Source of the DNA: Alphaproteobacteria bacterium
GTDB taxonomy: Bacteria > Pseudomonadota > Alphaproteobacteria > SHVV01
DNA: 64,000 nt
NCBI GenBank assembly: GCA_965261735.1
Contig: OZ253470.1
Span: forward strand, 3,712,001-3,776,000
Direction of reading: 5' to 3'
Shown here: piece by piece, positions 41,897 through 53,703 of the stretch
Layout: each line of letters begins with the position of its first letter
Position numbering within the stretch: the stretch's first letter is position 1
Notes under the pieces: generated by a model
The model's database searches: none
What the model was told of the DNA's origin: nothing
The model's input: the letters and a program-made list of their open reading frames with translations, nothing else
Program-made: the position numbers and the translations under genes

Positions 41897-43051
41897 CTAG
41901 TGGATTGATTCCAACGTTTGGAACCCTCTGTTTCGTGCGGCGATGATATGATCGGGGTCGGCTTTCCAGATGAAGGGTTTTGGGTTTGCGTCATTGTATT
42001 CGCGGACAAATCGGTTGATGGCGTCCTGAAGGTCGACGACGGATTGGAAGACGCCGTATTTGAGCCTGCGCCGCGTTAGTTTGGCGAAGAAGCCCTCGAC
42101 GGCATTGAGCCACGAGCACGAGGTTGGCGTGAAGTGGAAGGTCCAGCGTGGATGGCGGGCGAGCCAGGCGCGGACCTTGTCCTTCTTGTGCGCGGCGTAG
42201 TTGTCGAGGATGACGTGGACGGCCTTGTCCGTCGGCACCTCGCGCTCGATGCGGTTGAGGAAGCGGATGAACTCCTGATGGCGGTGGCGCTGCATGTTCT
42301 GTGCGATGACCGTACCGTCCAGCACGTTGAGCGCGGCGAACAGCGTCGTCGTGCCATGCCGTTTGTAATCATAGGTCATCGTACCGGCGCGGCCCTTCTT
42401 CATCGGCAAGCCGGGTTGGGTGCGGTCGAGCGCCTGGATCTGTGATTTCTCATCAACCGACAGCACCACGGCATGGGCCGGCGGATCGACATACAAGCCG
42501 ACGATATCTGTGAGCTTCTCGGCGAAGGCGGGATCATTGGAGAGCTTGAAGTGCCGCCAGCGGTGCGGGCTGAGGCCATGGGCCTTCCAGATCGCTTGGA
42601 CCGTCGACGCCGCGACGCCAGCAACCTTCGCCATCGCGCGCAGCGTCCAGTGGGTCGCCTCGTGCGGCGGCGCTTGCTGGGTCAGGCGGACGATCTCGGC
42701 GACGCGCTTCGGCGGGATCGGCGCTTTGCCAGGCGGACGGGACCTGTCGCGAAGCAAGCCGTTGACACCCTCGTGCATGAACCGCTCCTGCCAGCGCCAG
42801 ACACAGGTCTTGGACTTGCCGGTCTCGGCCATGATCGACGAGTTCCCGAGCCCCTCGTCGCTCTTCAGGATGATCCGCGCCCGCCAGACATGTTTCTGCG
42901 AGCTCTTCGGGTCCGCGACGATAGCTTGCAATCGCTGACGGTCGCCAGACGTGACAGTAAAATGGATGCCGGTGCGCATAGCACAGACTCACATGACACC
43001 GCACAATACGGAATCTCAAATCGGACTCTTTCGTTCCGATCAATCCACTAG
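41897..43051 (-). mobile_element. IS630-family element with 360-aa transposase (41897-42979)
   Basis: CTAG at both ends; TIR tagtggattgat; SVDEKSQIQ, ILDNY, TPTSCSWLNAVE. Confidence 0.93.
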
Positions 43052-44042
43052 AATGGGCGCAACCCGGATATAGGGGAGCGCGCCATGGATGTTCTCGACC
43101 GCGCCGATCTCCCATTCCCGCATTCGCTACCCGAGTTCCAGCGACTTTTCCCCGATGATGCGGCCTGCGCCGCCTACCTGGAGAAAGCCCGCTGGGGAGA
43201 CGGCTTTGCCTGCCCGCACTGCGGCACGGCGGGAGAGCCGTTCCACTTTGAAAACCGCCCTGGCGTCCTGCGCTGCCGCAAGTGCCGCCAGAACACCGGG
43301 CTGACGGTGGGAACAGTGATGGAGCGTAGCCACACTCCGCTGAACGTCTGGTTCTGGGCCGCTTATCTGGTCGCCAGTCAGACGCCCGGCATGTCCGCCG
43401 TGCAGTTTCAGCGGCAACTTGGTCTTTCGCGCTACGAGACGGCCTTTCAAATTCTCCACAAGCTCCGCTCGGGCATGGTGCGGCCCAACCAAGACAGGAT
43501 CGGTGGACAGCCCAAGAACCATGTTGAGGTGGACGAAACCTGGGTTGGCGGGCGAACGCGTGGGGAAGGCCGTGGTGTTCACCACAAGGTTCCCGTCTCC
43601 TGTGCCATCGACGTCGTGCTCGACCGTAGCGCCGAGTCGCTCTGTGGGTTCGTCGAGAGCACCGTCGCGCCGGGATCGCTGATCGTTACTGACGATTGGA
43701 GCGGCTATGCTGGCCTCGGTAAGCGCGGCTATGAGCACTTCGCTGTTGCCGAGTGTGGTGATCCAGAGGTTGCCGAGCAATACCTGCCGATCATCCATCT
43801 GGTTTTCGCCAACCTGAAGACGTGGCTGATCGGTATCCACCACGGCGTTAGCCACCAGCACCTACAAGCCTACCTCAACGAGTTCACCTTCCGCTTCAAC
43901 AGGCGGTTCTACCCGTTCAACGCCTTCCGCTCATTGCTCGGCATCGCGGGCGACACCTCTGCTCCAACCTATGCCGAGCTTTACTCGGGAGAGTGGCGGC
44001 ACCCTACATGTAGCGGTCATGGGCGTTAACCGGATAGGCAAG
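43048..44042 (+). mobile_element. IS1595-family copy 9 (left TIR missing; 25-aa in-frame deletion; ORF 43085-44029)
   Basis: Begins at the element's internal ctagaatggg; right TIR ends at 44042. Confidence 0.9.
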
Positions 44043-45558
44043 GGTTGATCCAGACGGCTTCGGGAAGCGGGGCGGGTTTCGGGGTGCCGTGGACGAAGCG
44101 TTCGGGGTGAAGGGCCCAGGCGGCTTGCAGGGTACGTCCGCGCTGAGCCAGCACATCCGGTGCCCAGTGATGATGGACATCATCGGGGGTGAGCATCGCG
44201 ATCCCGGCATGGCGGTGTTCGGTGTTGTACCAGGGGAAGAACGACCGGCAGAAGGCGATGGCGGCGGTAATGTCTTCGAAGCGCCCAGGGAAGCCGGGGT
44301 GATACTTCAGGGTCTTGAACTGCGCTTCGGAGAACGGGTTGTCATCGCTGACCTGGGGGCGGCTCAGAGAGCGGGTGACCCCGAGGTCGGCGAGGAGTTG
44401 GGCGGTACACTTGCTGGTCATCGGCGCGCCGCGGTCCGAATGCAGGGTGAGCACCTGGGGCTCGATGCCTTGCTTGAGACAGGTTTCCTCGATCAGCGTC
44501 GCGGCGAGCGCGGCGTTCTCCCGATCGGCAACCATCCAGCCCACGACGCAGCGGCTGAAGATGTCGAGCAAGACATAGAGGTAGAAGGACGTCCAGCGTT
44601 TGGGCCCCCGGAGCCGGGTGATATCCCAGGACCAGGTCTGGTTGGGGCCCGTGGCCACCAGCTCGGGCTTGGTGTAGCAGGGATGACTGCGCTGATTGCG
44701 CCGCTCTCGCACCGGCTAGTTCGCGGCCAGGATCCGGTATATCGTGCGCTCGGCGCACAGATACTGGCCTTCATCGAGCAGCGTCGCGACGACCTCGGCC
44801 GGTGACCGGTCGACGAAGCGCGGGCTGGCGAGCACGTCGAGGACGTGCGCGCGTTCGGACGCACACAGGGCCCGGGCGGGCGTAGGACGGGGCTGCTGAT
44901 GCCCGGGAGCGGGCCTCTGACGACGGTAGAAGGAAGCCCGTGGCACCCCCAGCGCTCGGCACGCCGGCGCCACGCCGACCTGCGATGCGAGCGGCTGGAC
45001 GGCCATCAGCAGTCCTTCCCGTGTTCGAGGCTGAATCCCAGCAGCCCGGCAACTTTTCCCTGGACGTCCAGGATCGTATGGGCGGTGTGCAGCTCCTTCT
45101 CCAGCCGAGCCACTTTCGCCTCGAGCTCGTGCACCTTCGCGCTGAGGGGGTTGCGCTCGGCGGGCTTCCGACCGCGTTTGCTCGGGGTCAGGCCTTGAAG
45201 CGACCCTTCACGCCGCGCCCTGCGCCATTCCGTCAGATGGGAGCTGTACAGCCCCTCGCGGCGAAGCAGCCGGCCCACCTCGCCGGGCTGCGTGCAGCTC
45301 TCTGCCTCCTCCAGAATCCGCAGTCGATACTGCGCGGTGAACTTGCGCCTCTTCGGCTTGGCCACGACCTCCGGGTCCGGCGTTGGCCGCGCGTGGCTGG
45401 CACCGGCCCCGGGGGCCTCGTCGCGACGCTCCTCGACCCCCAGGGCCGGAGCGTCCATCTCTTGCAATGTCATCGATTCTCTCTCTGCGGTCATTGGTAT
45501 TCACCTCCACCGCCCTACAGTAATTCCAAGGGGGGCCGGTGTCTCAGTGAGGTTGGCA
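44043..45558 (-). mobile_element. IS3-like element remnant (orfA 45006-45494; orfB with nonsense codon at 44716-44718; right end lost)
   Basis: RRKFTAQYRLRILEE, LLRREGLYSS; WSWDIT, LHSDRG, DNPFSEAQF; TG end at 45558. Confidence 0.82.
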
Positions 45559-45677
45559 GAGAGGGCTTCTCGCTCGCCAGGGTTCCTCCTCAAACGGAAA
45601 CAAGCCTGTTATGATGTGGTGACAACGCTGTGCACAGAAACAGCGATCAAGAACGGCACATCAGTGGGGCAACAATC

Positions 45678-45923
45678 ATGGGGCAATTAGCAGTGACTTG
45701 GATGAAGACGACCGTCGTCGCAATCATTGTGACCGGCGCGCTGGCCACCTCCGGGTGTTCGAGCGAAGGTTTCACATGGATCAACGGTGATCGATACCGG
45801 TTCCTCGGTATCGAGTCCCGTTGCGCACCCGATGGCTCCCTTGTCCTGTGGCAGCGCGCTAACGATGCCGGTGACTTCGGCGCGGTCCAGGCCTCTTCGG
45901 CAAACTGCACCGGCGGGCCATAA
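45678..45923 (+). CDS. Small putative lipoprotein
   Basis: Hydrophobic stretch followed by lipobox-like ATSGC, plus two further Cys. Confidence 0.45.
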   Translation: MGQLAVTWMKTTVVAIIVTGALATSGCSSEGFTWINGDRYRFLGIESRCAPDGSLVLWQRANDAGDFGAVQASSANCTGGP

Positions 45924-46244
45924 GGGCTAAAGCCGGCCCGATGGACACGTCCTTCGGCAATTGGCGCTCCGCGTAGCGCGGCGCCCGCCGGGGAAGTCCC
46001 GGGCGAGGATCGCGGGGGGACAGCATCGGAGAGCCTCGCGGCGAACTACCGGCGACCCATCCCAGCCAGCTGAAAGTGATGGCGCGAAGGATCTGCCGGG
46101 TGGCGGTACTGGGGGCGACCCCGATCCGGAACACGTCCCGGCCGAGGAATTCGCCTTAGATTCTGGAAATTCAGGATGTCATTGACCCGGAACCACGACG
46201 GATCGTCCGCCGTTTCGTTCTTTGGCATCATTTTGAACAGAAAC

Positions 46245-47879
46245 GGGTGCGAGTCTCGCATGGCAGTGATGTCTGCGGCTTGGTTCGTTGAGTTCAGGCA
46301 GCGATTGCCATGGCTGCTGCACGTGGACTGATGTTGTCGTTGGCCGGTGTGTCGGTTGCGCTGATCAGGGCCTTCCATGCGCGCTCGAAGCGGCCGGATT
46401 TGATCAGGGCGCGGAAGGTCAGAACAGCCTGTCCGCCGACGATCCGCCAGCGCATGCCGGAGCGCTTCATGCGCTGTGTCACCAGGGATCTTGTTGGCAG
46501 CCTCGACCACGCCTGAGCCGATGGCGATGCCCTCTTCCTTCAGGGCGTGGTAGCGCATGCGATGGCGATGCTTGCGGAAGAAGGCGAGTTCCCGCTCGGT
46601 CTCGGCCCGGTCCGGCGCAGCGGCGGCATCGCGAAGGTGGCGCAGCGCCCGGATCACCTTGGCGACGCCACGGGGATCGTGACGGAGGATCTCGCGGTAC
46701 TTCTCGAACCAGCCGGGCGCCACGGCATGGTCGGACGCGGTTTGCAGATGTTCGCAAGCATGCCAGAAGTCGATCACCTCGGTTTCGGGCGACAGGGTCT
46801 CCAGGAAGGTCCAGTTGTCGGCGGCGCCATCGGCGATAGCGACGATCCCGATCTCGGGGCGTGCTCGCCTGATGTGTGCGACTTCGCTTGCAAGCTGCGC
46901 CTTCAGCGTGAGCTTGCCGCTCTCCGGCATGGGGCCGAGATAGAGGGTCTTCAGGCGCTTGCCCTCGGCGTCGTGGAAGGAGACCGTGCCGCAGGCGGCC
47001 TCGCGCCAGGAGGCCTTGGCGCGACCGTCCTCGCCGGGTCTCAGCGGCACCATGACGCCGTCGAGGGAGACCGAGGCGGTGGTCGCGTCCTGCGGTATGC
47101 CCTCGGCCTCACGGATGCTGCCCAGCGTCTCCGGGCCGAGGCTCTCCCAGCATTCGTGCATGCTCAGGGTCAGGCGCTCACCGACGGCGTCATGGCGCCG
47201 GTCTTCGCAAAGAACGCCGCCGCTTCCCGGGCCGTGCAGCGACCCATCATCAGCAGACCGAGCTCGGCCGCCGGCCGCGTCAGGTAATCGTCGACGAGGC
47301 CCAGGCTCTCGTCGACCGGCACCGGCGATGCCCCGCTCGCGCCGCTGCGGTAACGCGCTCGCCGGTAGGCGAGCGAGGTCATGATCGTCTTCGGCGTCAC
47401 CGCGACCCGGAACCAGCTCTGCCCGTCCCGCTCGATCCGGGAAGCGCCATCGTCCCGGTTCTCGATGACGGCGCCCATGACATCGCGAGCGAACTCGTTC
47501 GTGGCCTCACGCACCCGCAACTCGACCTCCTCGGGCACCTCGGGGCGCGGCTCGGAACGAAGCTCCTCGCGACACAGTGCGAGCACCCGGGCGGCCGCCT
47601 CGACGACCCGAGGAGGCAGGCCGGAAAGATCGATGGACGAAGGCGCCGGAGGCGGGGATACTGCCATGGGAATGCTCCCGATGTTGGGTTTCGAGACACG
47701 GCATCGTACCGCTTCTGGCGGTGCGGAGCGTTCCCACCTTCCCCTGCTCGACCCTGCCGTCGTGACAAAATCCTGCCTTGGAGCGGCCCATTGTCACGAA
47801 TAGCCGTTTTCGGCCGTTCGTCTCGACACAAAAACGCACTAAATCAATGACTTAGATTTTCCATACCAGACCCACACCC
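46245..47879 (-). mobile_element. ISKra4-like element, full length, frameshifted transposase
   Basis: Nearly identical to 34745-36380 with the same TIRs; no matching TSD. Confidence 0.88.
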
Positions 47880-48367
47880 TCCATAACTCCGGTCGCGCCA
47901 TGGTATGGGAACAGACCCCTGCGTTTTTCCCGTTCGCGAGATGAGAGAGGAATTCTCTTACTATCGAGTAGTTCGACCACTTCCCCGACACCGACGGCAG
48001 CCCATCCTTCCGGTTTCCCGTCCTCATCCAGCTTGTCGGGAAACAGATCCCAAATTTCCGGTGCGAGGTAAGGATCGCGGCCCTCGATCTTGGCGCGGGT
48101 GGGTCCGAAATCCACGAACCAGTCCTTGAACAGCGCCCGCGCCATCGCCTCCAGCGTCTCGTTCATGCGCCGGTTCAGCTCGATCTTGTCGTCCAGCGTG
48201 CCGAGGATGTGAGCGATGGCACGTTGTTCGTTGACATCATCGGGGAACCAAACAGGAGCCTGATGCAAATGATTCCAGTTTAGCCCAGGCACCGCTGCTT
48301 TGTCTGAAAAGGGCAGAAAATCAATGCCTTTCAAGAAATAGCTGATAAACCGTGGATCATTATTTTT
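47880..48367 (-). pseudogene. hsdS: Type I restriction-modification specificity subunit, internal fragment
   Basis: AVPGLN, EQRAIAHILGTLDDKIELNRRMNETLEAMARALFKDWFVDF, PEGW. Truncated by ISs on both sides. Confidence 0.9.
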
Positions 48368-48484
48368 GGGAATTGTATACAATTCTAGCCAATATCTCGA
48401 CATATCATTGATTTCATTACACAAATAAGCGCTTGAACCTTCTGGCTCGTTTTCCCTATATTATTAGCCATAGGGAGATTACAC

Positions 48485-50533
48485 ATGGCCAAACGCGACA
48501 AGATTGAAATCATGAGCGCCTGGGATTTCATGGCGCGATTTCCTACTGACAAGGATGCGCGAGGCCATATCGAGCGGATGCGCTGGGGCAATGAACCTTA
48601 CTGCCCTCACTGCGGAAGCGTTCGGATCAGTCATATCACAAACGAGAAACCGCAACCTTATCGCTGCAAGGATTGCCGCAAGCACTTCTCGGTCACGACA
48701 GGGACGGTGTTCCAGTCCGCCAAACTCTCACCACGCAAGTGCCTCTATGCGATCTATCTCATGGTCATTGCCAAGAAGTCCATTTCAAGCTGCCAGATGG
48801 CGCGGGAATTGGGCTGCACGCAAAAGACAGCGTGGTATCTCGCCCAGCGCATTCGTGAGACATGGCTCAACAAGTCCAGCATTGGCGACCCGATGGCTGG
48901 CGAGATTGAAATCGATGAAACCTATATAGGCGGGCTGGAGCGCAACAAGCACGCATCGAAAAAGTTGAAGGCCGGACGTGGCCCGGTCGGAAAGCAGCCG
49001 GTTATCGGGCTGCGGGAACGCGGATCGGGCCAAGTTAGGGCGCACCCAATTACCGGAACCGATGCGGCGCATCTACAAGGCGCAGTGCGTTCAGAGGTGG
49101 TGCCGGGATCAACTATCCTTGCCTATCCGGGTTACACCCACACCCACTAGGGCTAGAATGGGCGCAACCCGGATATAGGGGAGCGCGCCATGGATGTTCT
49201 CGACCGCGCCGATCTCCCATTCCCGCATTCGCTACCCGAGTTCCAGCGACTTTTCCCCGATGATGCGGCCTGCGCCGCCTACCTGGAGAAAGCCCGCTGG
49301 GGAGACGGCTTTGCCTGCCCGCACTGCGGCACGGCGGGAGAGCCGTTCCACTTTGAAAACCGCCCTGGCGTCCTGCGCTGCCGCAAGTGCCGCCAGAACA
49401 CCGGGCTGACGGTGGGAACAGTGATGGAGCGTAGCCACACTCCGCTGAACGTCTGGTTCTGGGCCGCTTATCTGGTCGCCAGTCAGACGCCCGGCATGTC
49501 CGCCGTGCAGTTTCAGCGGCAACTTGGTCTTTCGCGCTACGAGACGGCCTTTCAAATTCTCCACAAGCTCCGCTCGGGCATGGTGCGGCCCAACCAAGAC
49601 AGGATCGGTGGACAGCCCAAGAACCATGTTGAGGTGGACGAAACCTGGGTTGGCGGGCGAACGCGTGGGGAAGGCCGTGGTGTTCACCACAAGGTTCCCG
49701 TCTCCTGTGCCATCGAGGTGCGTCATCGAAAGCCGGGCACCAAGCTCGACAACCGGAAAGACGGACGCTATGCCGGACGCGTTCGGCTCGCCGTCGTGCT
49801 CGACCGTAGCGCCGAGTCGCTCTGTGGGTTCGTCGAGAGCACCGTCGCGCCGCGATCGCTGATCGTTACTGACGATTGGAGCGGCTATGCTGGCCTCGGT
49901 AAGCGCGGCTATGAGCACTTCGCTGTTGCCGAGTGTGGTGATCCAGAGGTTGCCGAGCAATACCTGCCGATCATCCATCTGGTTTTCGCCAACCTGAAGA
50001 CGTGGCTGATCGGTATCCACCACGGCGTTAGCCACCAGCACCTACAAGCCTACCTCAACGAGTTCACCTTCCGCTTCAACAGGCGGTTCTACCCGTTCAG
50101 CGCCTTCCGCTCATTGCTCGGCATCGCGGGCGACACCTCTGCTCCAACCTATGCCGAGCTTTACTCGGGAGAGTGGTGGCACCCTACATGTAGCGGTCAT
50201 GGGCGTTAACCGGATAGGCAAGCAACTATCTACACAGACGGTCATCGCGCCTATCGCGGTATGGGCGAGTACATTCATGAAGCGGTCGAGCATTCGGTCG
50301 GAGAGTATGTCCGCGATCAAGCCCACACCAACGGGATCGAATCCTTCTGGGCTTTGTTGAAGCGCGGATATATTGGAACCTTCCACCATTTCTCCGAGAA
50401 GCATATGGGTCGCTATGTCGATGAGTTCGCAACCCGCCATAACAGGCGGAAATGGGATACGATGGCCCATATAGACCAGAGCCTCCGCAACGCGGGCGGA
50501 GTCCTTGGCTACAAACGCCTCACCGCGAACTAG
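48485..50533 (+). pseudogene. Second type of IS1595 transposase (311 aa when repaired), split by copy 10
   Basis: CPHCG...CKDC, IEIDETYIGG, STI|YTD, HTNGIESFW, RYVDEF. Confidence 0.92.
49118..50222 (+). mobile_element. IS1595-family copy 10, complete with intact transposase (49190-50209)
   Basis: TSD caactatc at 49110-49117 and 50223-50230. Confidence 0.97.
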
Positions 50534-50542
50534 AGCCAGCCT

Positions 50543-51298
50543 ATGCCGCGCAAAGCCCAGCAGATGATTGAGCCCATCGACACAACGATGGATACCCTGA
50601 CCGCGACCGTGTTTTCCGGCCAAAGAACCGTGCAAGCACCGCCGCTAGCTTTGCCTGATGTTCTGAAACCGAACGTACGGCTGAAAATGGACGGGTTGGC
50701 GTTTCTGGACCTGTTGCCCGAAGCGTCGGTCCCGGTCGCTTTCCTCGACCCGCAATACCGCGGGGTTCTTGAAAAGCTGGCCTACGGGAACGAAGGCATG
50801 GGTCGGGGCAAGCGCCGTTGTGCACTTGAACAGATGCATGAAGACACAATCGGCCAATTCGTGCGGGGCATTCATCGGGCGCTGATCCCTTCCGGTCACC
50901 TGTTTCTATGGGTCGACAAGTTTCACCTCTGCCAAGGTGTCCACCCATGGTTGGAAGGAACCCTCCTTGACATCGTTGACCTGCTGACTTGGGACAAGGG
51001 CACGTTTGGCATGGGATACCGAACACGGCGGCGGGCCGAATATTGCGTGATCCTGCAAAAGCCGCCGCGCAAGGCGAAGGGCGTCTGGAAAATCCACAAC
51101 ATCCCGGACGTGCACAAAGAAGCCGCGCCGAAAACCGGGCACCCGCACGCGAAGCCTGTGGACCTGCAAGGCGAGTTGATGGCCGCCGTGAGCCATGAGG
51201 GCGATTTCGTCATAGACCCGGCCGCAGGATCGTTCTCGGTCCTGCAAGCGGCCAAGAACCGCCGACGCACCTTTCTCGGGTGCGACCTGAACGGCTAG
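50543..51298 (+). CDS. Beta-class N4/N6 DNA methyltransferase, intact
   Basis: Catalytic motif variant FLDPQY precedes HPHAKP and SAM-binding VIDPAAGS; ends FLGCDL. Confidence 0.9.
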   Translation: MPRKAQQMIEPIDTTMDTLTATVFSGQRTVQAPPLALPDVLKPNVRLKMDGLAFLDLLPEASVPVAFLDPQYRGVLEKLAYGNEGMGRGKRRCALEQMHEDTIGQFVRGIHRALIPSGHLFLWVDKFHLCQGVHPWLEGTLLDIVDLLTWDKGTFGMGYRTRRRAEYCVILQKPPRKAKGVWKIHNIPDVHKEAAPKTGHPHAKPVDLQGELMAAVSHEGDFVIDPAAGSFSVLQAAKNRRRTFLGCDLNG

Positions 51299-51886
51299 CG
51301 GCATGGCCCGCCTTCGGGACGCCAAGCCCAAGAACACGTCTGGTTCATACGAGCGCATTTTTGGCAATCCCGAGCTGGGCGCACTGGCCAGCAAGATTCA
51401 GTCTGCCGTGATTACGTCCGGCTCGGAACTCGAAGCGATGATCGTGGCTGCGGTCCCGAATATCCCAGACCTAGATCCTTTCCTGGAGCAGGAGATCATG
51501 CCGGAAGGCGTGTTCCTGGCCACCAAGCGCCAGATCAAGAAATCGGGTACCTTGGATTTTGCCGGGTCCGAACCTGACTTCATGGTGTTCAAGCGGCGGA
51601 AGAAGATACCTTGCCTATCCGGTTTACACCCACACCCACTAGGGCTAGAATGGGCGCAACCCGGATATAGGGGAGCGCGCCATGGATGTTCTCGACCGCG
51701 CCGATCTCCCATTCCCGCATTCGCTACCCGAGTTCCAGCGACTTTTCCCCGATGATGCGGCCTGTGTTGGTAGCGACCGTAAATTTCCCATTTGTAACGA
51801 CCCAAAATTTCTCACTTTGGGCTTGTCGCTGAAGGCGTCCCGGGCCGCTCTGTTGGCTTTGCCAACAGAGCGGGATCGGTGCGCGG

Positions 51887-52909
51887 ATGTACAAATGGGA
51901 GACCAGGATGTTGTTGAAGCACTATCTGGACCGGGGTGTCTCGAAGGCGGAGCTGTCGAGGCGGTTCGGGGTGAACCGTCGGACGATCCACAATTGGGTC
52001 GATACCGGCCAACTGGACCGGGATCTGGCGGCCGGTGCGCGAGGGTATTCGCCCCGTCCGCCGGTGGCCCACAAGCTGGACCCCTACAAGGCGATCATCG
52101 ACGCCCGTCTTGAGGCGTTCCCGAAGCTGTCGGCGAAGCGGCTTTTCGATGAGGTCCGCGCTGCGGACTACCCGGGCTGCTACTCTCGCGTGAACGACTA
52201 CGTGCGGGCGACGCGACCGCGCGAACCGGTTGAATCGCTGGTCCGGTTCGAGACGCCGGCGGGGCGTCAGGGCCAGGTGGACTTCGGTACGTTCACGCTG
52301 CCCTGGGGCCGGCGCCATGCCCTGGTGATCGTCCTCGGCTTCACCCGGCTGCTGTGGCTGCACTTCTATACTCGGCAGACCATGCCGGTCCTGATGGAAG
52401 GTCTGGAGAGCGCCTTCGACCGGTTCGGCGGGGTTCCGGAGGAGCTGCTGTTCGACCAGATGCGCGCCGTGGTGCTGTCCGACGACCGCGGGGCCGGCGG
52501 CGGCCTGGTGCTGAACGAGGAGTTTCTGCGGTTCGCCGCGCACTGGGGGTTCATGCCGCGCTCGTGCCGACCCTATCGGGCCCAGACCAAGGGCAAAGTG
52601 GAGCGCCCGATCCGCTACATCCGCGAGAGCTTCTTCTACGGCCGCTCGTTTGCGAATGACAACGATCTCAACGAGCAGGCCGTGCGCTGGCTGGAGGGCA
52701 CAGCCAACGTCCGCCGGCATGCCACGACCGGGGAGCGTCCTGTCGACCGCTTCGAGCGCGACGAGCGAGCGGTGCTTCTCCCCTTGGCGAACCATCCCTA
52801 TCGACGTCTCGGCGTCCGGCATGCTCCGGAGCCCGCGCCGCGGCGACTGCCGGCAACCGTGAAGGTCGAGCAGCGACCGCTTAGTGTCTATGCGGAGGCG
52901 CTGCAATGA
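51887..52909 (+). CDS. istA: IS21 transposase IstA (short type)
   Basis: RFETPAGRQGQVDFG, LLFDQM, AQTKGKVER. Confidence 0.93.
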   Translation: MYKWETRMLLKHYLDRGVSKAELSRRFGVNRRTIHNWVDTGQLDRDLAAGARGYSPRPPVAHKLDPYKAIIDARLEAFPKLSAKRLFDEVRAADYPGCYSRVNDYVRATRPREPVESLVRFETPAGRQGQVDFGTFTLPWGRRHALVIVLGFTRLLWLHFYTRQTMPVLMEGLESAFDRFGGVPEELLFDQMRAVVLSDDRGAGGGLVLNEEFLRFAAHWGFMPRSCRPYRAQTKGKVERPIRYIRESFFYGRSFANDNDLNEQAVRWLEGTANVRRHATTGERPVDRFERDERAVLLPLANHPYRRLGVRHAPEPAPRRLPATVKVEQRPLSVYAEALQ

Positions 52910-53703
52910 ACGCTCCGGCGCCGGCCCGGCGCGACCGGCTGCGGGCAATGCTGGCGGACCTCAAGATGCCGGGCGCGCTGGAGGCCGTCGACGGCATCCT
53001 CTCGGACGCCGACGGCGGCACGATCTCGGCGGCCGAGGCCATCGAGCAGTTGCTGAACGCCCAGATCGTGCTGCGCAACAACCGCCGTCTCCAGACCGCC
53101 ATGCGCTCTTCGCGGCTGCCGGCTGTGAAGACGCTCGATCAGTTCGACTTCGCCTTCCAGCCCAGCATCAAGCGCGAGCAGATCGAGAGCTTGCACGAGC
53201 TCGGCTTCCTGGACCGCGGCGAGAACGTGATCCTGCTCGGCCCACCAGGCGTCGGGAAAACGCACTTGGCGATCAGCCTCGCGATCGCGGCGGCCGAGGC
53301 CGGCCGGCGCGTCTACTACGGCACGCTCGCGGCGCTGATCGAGTCCCTCACCGAGGCCAAGGCCGCCGGCAATCTGACCCGGCGGCTGCGCGTGCTCACC
53401 CATCCGGCCCTGCTGGTGGTCGACGAGATCGGCTACCTGCCGGTCAACCAGGACGGCGCCGTGCTCTTCTTCCAGCTCATCAACGCCCGGCACGAGAGGG
53501 CGTCGACTGTGCTGACGTCGAACAAGGGTTTCGAGGACTGGGGTGGCGTGCTCGGCGACGAGGTCATGGCGGCGGCTCTCATCGACCGCCTTGTGCACCA
53601 CTGCCACATCGTCAACATCCGGGGCAACAGCTACCGGATGAAGGAGCATCAGAACCTGCTGCAGTCCGGCTCGGATCGACGCAGGAAAAGAGCCGCCGCG
53701 TGA
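52906..53703 (+). CDS. istB: IS21 helper ATPase IstB
   Basis: GPPGVGKT, LVVDEIGY, IDRLVHH, GNSYR. Confidence 0.95.
   Translation: MNAPAPARRDRLRAMLADLKMPGALEAVDGILSDADGGTISAAEAIEQLLNAQIVLRNNRRLQTAMRSSRLPAVKTLDQFDFAFQPSIKREQIESLHELGFLDRGENVILLGPPGVGKTHLAISLAIAAAEAGRRVYYGTLAALIESLTEAKAAGNLTRRLRVLTHPALLVVDEIGYLPVNQDGAVLFFQLINARHERASTVLTSNKGFEDWGGVLGDEVMAAALIDRLVHHCHIVNIRGNSYRMKEHQNLLQSGSDRRRKRAAA

Larger units (their letters stand above)
39997..41900 (+). pseudogene. ABC transporter substrate-binding protein (NMT1/SsuA-like), hit by IS1595 copies 7 and 8 and internally deleted
   Basis: Signal peptide; PYYLAIDKGWF|KDMDLEVE, ALISGSGD; C-terminal SIVEPIIKELGTF. Confidence 0.82.

Noticed and set aside
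46150-46244. Possible DUF262/GmrSD-like gene fragment (SWFRVNDILNF)
   Set aside because: About 30 codons; too short to assign without a search.
34745-47879. Composite transposon bounded by two ISKra4 copies
   Set aside because: Outer flanks are not duplicated and cut unrelated genes; the interior is an IS mosaic.
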